64,000 nucleotides of DNA, taken from NCBI GenBank assembly GCA_027492035.1, contig JAOZFT010000035.1:64001-128000 (forward strand), given 5' to 3'. Positions 59,060-64,000 of this stretch are shown here, piece after piece; the stretch's first letter is position 1; each line of letters opens with the position of its first letter. Origin of the DNA: Thermoproteota archaeon. GTDB taxonomy: Archaea; Korarchaeota; JAOZGF01; JAOZFZ01. The translations under genes and the position numbers were made by a program. The notes beneath the pieces were generated by a model. That model did not search any database, was not told the DNA's origin, and saw only the letters and a program-made list of their open reading frames with translations.

Positions 59060-59332
59060 CTTTTACGCCTCCTTAACAAACCCAGAGCCATAAATTGGGC
59101 CTTAAGTAAATACCTTAAAACAATATTTATAAATCGTTACCACCCCCAAAAAGTTCATAAGGAACCGAAAAATATAAGGTAAACCTAAAGAAAACTTTTT
59201 CCAAAGTAAGTAGCTAACTAGTTAATAAAAAATCAACCAGTCAAAAACCTTTTTAAGCAACATGTTTATAAACATAAATCAGCAGCAAATGGGAATCTAC
59301 CACCAGTTTCTCAGCAGTTACTTTTTTTAGGT

Positions 59333-60019
59333 GTGGCCTCTTTGCAAAAAAATAAAATATTGAAGGTTGATGAGGGAGAAATACTTGACATTGAAATTGA
59401 AGAAGATTTACTGAAAGCTAACAAAGAACTTGCATCTGTTAACAGAAAAACCTTTGACTTAAATAACATTAAATCAGTAAACGTTATGGGGGCAATAGGC
59501 TCAGGGAAAACAAGCATCATCCAATGGCTCATAAAAGAACTGAAAAACAAGTATAAAATAGCAGTAATAGCAGGTGACGTAACAACAGGTATAGATGCTG
59601 AAAGAATTAAAGAAGCAGGAGCGGAATCTATACAAATCAACACAGGAAGAGGTTGCCACCTAGACGCCTTAATGATTAGGAAAGCAATCAAAAAATTAAA
59701 CCTCAAAGAAATAAACCTCCTCTTTATAGAAAACGTTGGAAACCTAATCTGCCCCGCCGACTTCCCACTAGGAACCCACCTAAACATGGTGGTTGTAAGC
59801 GTCACAGAAGGGCCTTATATGATCATCAAACACCCCTTCATAATCAAGGAAGCCGATATAGTTGTAATAAATAAAATAGACTTAGCTGACCAAATGGAAG
59901 TAAATGTGAACAAACTAGTTAAGGATGTGGGAAGAATTAACTCTTCAGCTAAAGTAGTTACAACTTCTGTAAAGGAAGGAATTGGTTTAAATGGTTTAAT
60001 TGAAGCTTTAAAACTCTAA
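59333..60019 (+). CDS. hypB: Hydrogenase nickel incorporation GTPase HypB
   Basis: GAIGSGKT, CHLDA, ENVGNLICPADF, NKID. Confidence 0.95.
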   Translation: MASLQKNKILKVDEGEILDIEIEEDLLKANKELASVNRKTFDLNNIKSVNVMGAIGSGKTSIIQWLIKELKNKYKIAVIAGDVTTGIDAERIKEAGAESIQINTGRGCHLDALMIRKAIKKLNLKEINLLFIENVGNLICPADFPLGTHLNMVVVSVTEGPYMIIKHPFIIKEADIVVINKIDLADQMEVNVNKLVKDVGRINSSAKVVTTSVKEGIGLNGLIEALKL

Positions 60020-60032
60020 AAAAGCGATTAAA

Positions 60033-60422
60033 TTGCATGAGTTCTCAATAGCCAATGCAATACTGCAAAAGATTCTAAACGTAGCTGAAAAAAGCGCTGC
60101 AGAAGAAATAAAGGAAGCAAACATTTCAATAGGGGAACTAACCTTTCTTAACAAAGAACAGCTAATTTTCGCCTTAAAAGTCCTGTCTAAAGAAACAAAG
60201 GCTGAGAAATGTAAATTCAACATATGTGTCATAAAAACAAAAATTAAATGCCTTAACTGCGGCTACAAAGGAAAAGCTGTTTATGAGGGACCCGAATACC
60301 ACATTCTAAACTTTAAGATACCACTTAACTGCCCAAAATGCAAAAGTAAAAAAATAAAGATAGTGGAAGGGAAAGAAGTACTTCTTAAAAACCTGAAAAT
60401 AAAAATTAAGATTCCTAAATAA
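60033..60422 (+). CDS. hypA: Hydrogenase nickel metallochaperone HypA
   Basis: MHE, CLNC, CPKC. Confidence 0.95.
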   Translation: MHEFSIANAILQKILNVAEKSAAEEIKEANISIGELTFLNKEQLIFALKVLSKETKAEKCKFNICVIKTKIKCLNCGYKGKAVYEGPEYHILNFKIPLNCPKCKSKKIKIVEGKEVLLKNLKIKIKIPK

Positions 60423-60607
60423 TTCTGGGAAGTGTTTTCGCAAAAGGTTTTACTTTCCTATTGTTTCCAACCTAAATAAACTTCCTAATTCTCCTCTTAG
60501 AACATAGCGCAGATGTTGAAGCCTCTTTATACACAGTTAAATACAGATGCACTTTAAAGGTTTTATTTTTGAATTTTTTTTAGAAAAAAAGTTTCTAAAT
60601 GGTAATG

Positions 60608-60624
60608 AATGAATAATATTCATT
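60608..60624. promoter_or_regulatory. Palindrome upstream of the hydrogenase structural genes (operator candidate)
   Basis: AATGAATA-A-TATTCATT, about 65-80 nt upstream of the small-subunit start; AT-rich, so a chance occurrence is possible. Confidence 0.3.
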
Positions 60625-60688
60625 TTTTTATTGTAACATTAAACTTAAAAAAGGGAAGTAAGTTTCTTTTAGCTAAAAACAGAAGGAA

Positions 60689-61672
60689 GTGAAGCTGGGA
60701 ATGAGCGAAATAAAAATCGAGAAAATTAATGCTATTTGGTTGCAGGGACAGGGGTGTACCGGCTGTACAGTTTCTTTAACTGGTGCTACACATCCAAGTC
60801 TACCTGATCTATTGACAGGGTTTCTTCCGCAGGCAGCAGGTGTCGCTTTAGTTTTTCACCCAACCATTATGCTTCCCCATGGTGAAGAAGCCATAAATGT
60901 GTTAGAATCCGGATTAAAGGGGAAATTAGACCCTTTCGTCTTAATACTTGAGGGAGCAATACCGAATGAAGAATTAGCTGAGAAAACAGGTGGTTACTGG
61001 TGTATGGTGGGAGAAAATGGTGAAGGGAAACCTTTAACTCTCAATTACTGGGTGGACAAACTGTCTGAAAGGGCAGCTGCGGTTGTGGCAGTGGGTACCT
61101 GTGCCTGCTATGGAGGAATCCCTCATGGAAAACCTAACCCAACAGGTTCAAAGGGTCTTTTAAGTTACTTAGGCAGAAACTGGCGAAGCAAATTGAACCT
61201 TCCAGTGATCTGTATCCCCGGGTGTCCAGCTCAAGGAGAACATGTAGCTGAGGTGTTAGCTCATCTTGTCCTTACAGCTAGAGGATTTCTTCCAATTCCT
61301 GAACTTGATGAATTCCACAGGCCCAAATTCATATTTAAGGCAACTGCTCATGAAAACTGTCCTAGGGCTGGGTTCTTTGCTGAAGGAAAGTATTCTGAGG
61401 AATTTGGCGAACCTTATTGCATGGGACTACTAGGATGTAAAGGACCCATAGTTCACTGTGACGTGCCTAAGAGAGGTTTCGTTGAAGGTGTGGGTGGATG
61501 TACAACTGTGGGATCCATATGTATTGGATGTACTGAGCCTGAATTTCCAGATGAACCATTGTCCCCGTTCTTTAAAAAAGCTCCTCCTGGAGTTTTTGTC
61601 TCTGAAACATTTGGAGATATCAAGGGTAAACTTTATGCTTTACTTCACAGATTAAAGTCGAGGAAGATATAA
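60689..61672 (+). CDS. [NiFe]-hydrogenase small subunit, group 1h/1l-like, no Tat signal
   Basis: GCTGC, GTCACYGG, PGCP, HENCPR..C..LGCKGP..C..GGCTTVGSICIGC. Confidence 0.92.
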   Translation: MKLGMSEIKIEKINAIWLQGQGCTGCTVSLTGATHPSLPDLLTGFLPQAAGVALVFHPTIMLPHGEEAINVLESGLKGKLDPFVLILEGAIPNEELAEKTGGYWCMVGENGEGKPLTLNYWVDKLSERAAAVVAVGTCACYGGIPHGKPNPTGSKGLLSYLGRNWRSKLNLPVICIPGCPAQGEHVAEVLAHLVLTARGFLPIPELDEFHRPKFIFKATAHENCPRAGFFAEGKYSEEFGEPYCMGLLGCKGPIVHCDVPKRGFVEGVGGCTTVGSICIGCTEPEFPDEPLSPFFKKAPPGVFVSETFGDIKGKLYALLHRLKSRKI

Positions 61673-61687
61673 AAGGAGGATATAGAA

Positions 61688-63436
61688 ATGGTTGAGGAAA
61701 AAATGAAAAATGAAGTACTTATCGAGCCCCTTACAAGGATAGAGGGACACTTAGCTATACATGCTGTTCCTGATCTAGAAACGAAAAAATACAAAAATGC
61801 TCACAGTTACGCGGTAATGTTTAGGGGGTTCGAGATAATTTTGAAGAATAGAGAACCTGCCGACGCTATATGGATAACTCAAAGGATTTGTGGGGTTTGC
61901 CCTGTCCCGCACGCTGTAGCATCTGTAGAAACTGTAGATATGACGTACAAAGCCCCCCCAACTCCTTTCAGCATCGCTGTGAGGAACTTTGTCCATTTGT
62001 CTGAACAGCTTTATGACTCGCCATTGGGATGCGGAATACTTGAGGGCCCGGATTACTCCGAACCAGTAGTTAAAAGGTTTAATCCTGAATGGTGGAGTTC
62101 TGCACAAGAAACAAAAGCTGAACATTCAGATTTACATGGATACTCCACAATTGCAGACATAATGACTGCTCTAACTCCATTATCAGGCTCTTTATGGCTA
62201 AAATGTTTACAGATATCAAAACTAGGTAGGAAAATGGCTTCCCTTTTCGGGGCTAAGCATCCTCATGTAGGCACTTTTGTTCCTGGCGGTGTAGGGAAAA
62301 CTATCACAGCTACAGACCTAGAAATGTTTGCAGGTATGCTTTCCCAACACATAGCCTTTTCTAAAGAATTTGTTCCAGCCTTTGACGACCTACTAAATTT
62401 CCTAATAGGTATTGGTTACGAAGAAGCAGGTGCGAGGGCAGCTAACTTAATAAGCTACGGAAGCTATGAAGACCCTCATTCTTACAACGCCAAATATGAA
62501 GACATGTCTAAATGGGGAGAAAAGAGGAAAGTGACACCTGGTGTAGTAGTAAACAGAAACTTAATAACTACAGACTTGGTTGAAATAAACGTAGGCATAA
62601 GAGAATTCATCACTCATTCTTACTACAATGAATGGGATGGAAGAGAAGTAGAGAGAGATCCCTTAGGCAATGAAATAGCTGCAGAGCATCCTTGGAACAA
62701 AGAAACAATACCTAGGCCAGAGCCCTCTAAACAATGGAACGGGAAGTACTCTTGGGGTACAGCCCCCAGGTGGCATGATTGGAAAAAACATATTGATGGA
62801 GGAATATATACTTTGGAAGCAGGGCCTATAGCAAGGATGTGGACAACTGCCCAAGCTAGGAAAGTTCCTGAATCTACAGGGAACAGTTTAAAATTTACTC
62901 TCCCCAAAGTCACTGTTGTAACTGGTAAAGTTGCTGAAGAAATGACTTTCGAATGGAAAATTCCTGAGAAGGTGAATGCCATAGAAAGAATAAGAGCTAG
63001 AGCATATTATCATGCCTACAGTGCATACGTGGCTTACAACATGTTAATTGAAGCTTTGGAAATGGTTAAAAAGGGAGAAATTGAGATGTGGAATAAGTAC
63101 AGGAGACCAAGGGAAGGAATAGGTGTAGGAATGATAGAAGCCATGAGAGGAGGTGTAGCCCACTGGTGCATAATGAAAAACGGAAGAATTCACAGGTATC
63201 AAATCATAACTCCAACAGCTTGGAATGAATCTCCTAGGGGACCAAACAATGAGCCTGGACCTTATGAAGAAGCAATTATAGGTACTCCAATAACAGAAGC
63301 TATAAGTTCAAGCCTTAACGGCATAGATGCGGCAAGAGTTGTAAGAAGCTTCGATCCATGTCTAGCCTGCACAGTCCATGTTTACAATGGGAAAAAGAAA
63401 ACAGTAAATGAAATTTCTCCATACTTCAACCTCTAA
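61688..63436 (+). CDS. [NiFe]-hydrogenase large subunit, group 1h/1l-like
   Basis: TRIEGH, RGFE, L1 QRICGVCPVPH, L2 SFDPCLACTVH followed by a cleavable C-terminal tail. Confidence 0.94.
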   Translation: MVEEKMKNEVLIEPLTRIEGHLAIHAVPDLETKKYKNAHSYAVMFRGFEIILKNREPADAIWITQRICGVCPVPHAVASVETVDMTYKAPPTPFSIAVRNFVHLSEQLYDSPLGCGILEGPDYSEPVVKRFNPEWWSSAQETKAEHSDLHGYSTIADIMTALTPLSGSLWLKCLQISKLGRKMASLFGAKHPHVGTFVPGGVGKTITATDLEMFAGMLSQHIAFSKEFVPAFDDLLNFLIGIGYEEAGARAANLISYGSYEDPHSYNAKYEDMSKWGEKRKVTPGVVVNRNLITTDLVEINVGIREFITHSYYNEWDGREVERDPLGNEIAAEHPWNKETIPRPEPSKQWNGKYSWGTAPRWHDWKKHIDGGIYTLEAGPIARMWTTAQARKVPESTGNSLKFTLPKVTVVTGKVAEEMTFEWKIPEKVNAIERIRARAYYHAYSAYVAYNMLIEALEMVKKGEIEMWNKYRRPREGIGVGMIEAMRGGVAHWCIMKNGRIHRYQIITPTAWNESPRGPNNEPGPYEEAIIGTPITEAISSSLNGIDAARVVRSFDPCLACTVHVYNGKKKTVNEISPYFNL

Positions 63437-63906
63437 AACTCCCTTCTTACTTTTTCCGATATAATCCCTACAACTTTATTAACTGCTTCTCTAACTTTTG
63501 AGGAAAGCCCTACCCCAAACGATAAGTCACCAGGTTGGCATCCTATCAAAAAAACTTTTTTAGGAGATTTCTCTAACGCTTTACTAAGCCTTAAAATTTC
63601 TTTCGGCCTAAGTTCATGGAAGCTCACAGTGATCATTTCAAAAAGGTCAGACTGACTAGCTTTCTCAGGTTTTACTTCTGAAATAAATATTTCACCTGGG
63701 GTTCCACCAAAATCCACAGCGTCAACAATTACTACTTCATCGAAATCCCCTATGTCATACAAAAGATCTAAACTGCTTGTTCCATATTCCCTAATTACTA
63801 CATGTTTCGGAAACTCAATTTTAGATAATTGGTTCACTACTTCGCATCCGAAACCGTCATCTCTCCTTAGTTTATCTCCTACTCCAGCTATTAATACTCT
63901 CTCCAT
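63433..63906 (-). CDS. Hydrogenase maturation protease (HyaD/HybD-like)
   Basis: GVGDKLRRDDGFG, VDAV, SFHE, IGCQP; start moved to ATG 63906 (MERVLIAG). Confidence 0.92.
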   Translation of the reverse strand: MERVLIAGVGDKLRRDDGFGCEVVNQLSKIEFPKHVVIREYGTSSLDLLYDIGDFDEVVIVDAVDFGGTPGEIFISEVKPEKASQSDLFEMITVSFHELRPKEILRLSKALEKSPKKVFLIGCQPGDLSFGVGLSSKVREAVNKVVGIISEKVRREF

Positions 63907-64000
63907 GATTTTTCCTCGCTCCAAATTTCTCTTCAAAATAAGCTTTGAGTATAGAAAAAGGAAAATCAAAGAATTCAAAAACTTTCTTAAAACCTTTTTG

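Noticed and set aside
319-62982. Numerous 60-165 aa antisense or overlapping ORFs in the track (e.g. 11563-12021, 24389-24784, 59311-59805)
   Set aside because: They are shadows of well-supported genes, with Ser/Phe/Pro-rich composition and no motifs.

Overview
AT-rich archaeal chromosomal window. The gene content (Hjc, isopentenyl phosphate kinase, TrmB, Lrp-TRASH, H4MPT enzymes, BRE/TATA promoters) fits an anaerobic TACK archaeon such as Bathyarchaeia; this taxonomy is inferred, not shown. In order: (1) a six-gene glycerol-backbone operon (G3PDH-like trio, atypical glycerol kinase, alkyl-DHAP-synthase-like flavoprotein, CCG Fe-S protein); (2) a gene-poor stretch with a coiled-coil PD-(D/E)xK protein; (3) an H4MPT C1 cluster (mtd, mch, fwdD-B-A, ftr, fwdC, RimK ligase, JAMM protease) with a probable tnpB scar inside; (4) an acyl-CoA dehydrogenase/CoA ligase/aldehyde dehydrogenase operon; (5) fdhD, a divergent cysteine-synthase-like gene and a TrmB-MocA fusion; (6) Cu and Mn/Zn homeostasis loci; (7) housekeeping genes and a primase-like AEP fusion; (8) tandem ClC-CBS paralogues; (9) hypA-F plus a Tat-less [NiFe]-hydrogenase resembling groups 1h/1l, with its protease. 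No rRNA, tRNA or CRISPR array was found by eye. The best candidates for undescribed biology are the putative anaerobic glycerol-ether cleavage operon, the 1h/1l-like hydrogenase, the AEP fusion and the TrmB-MocA regulator. All family assignments come from motif recognition; no database searches were run.
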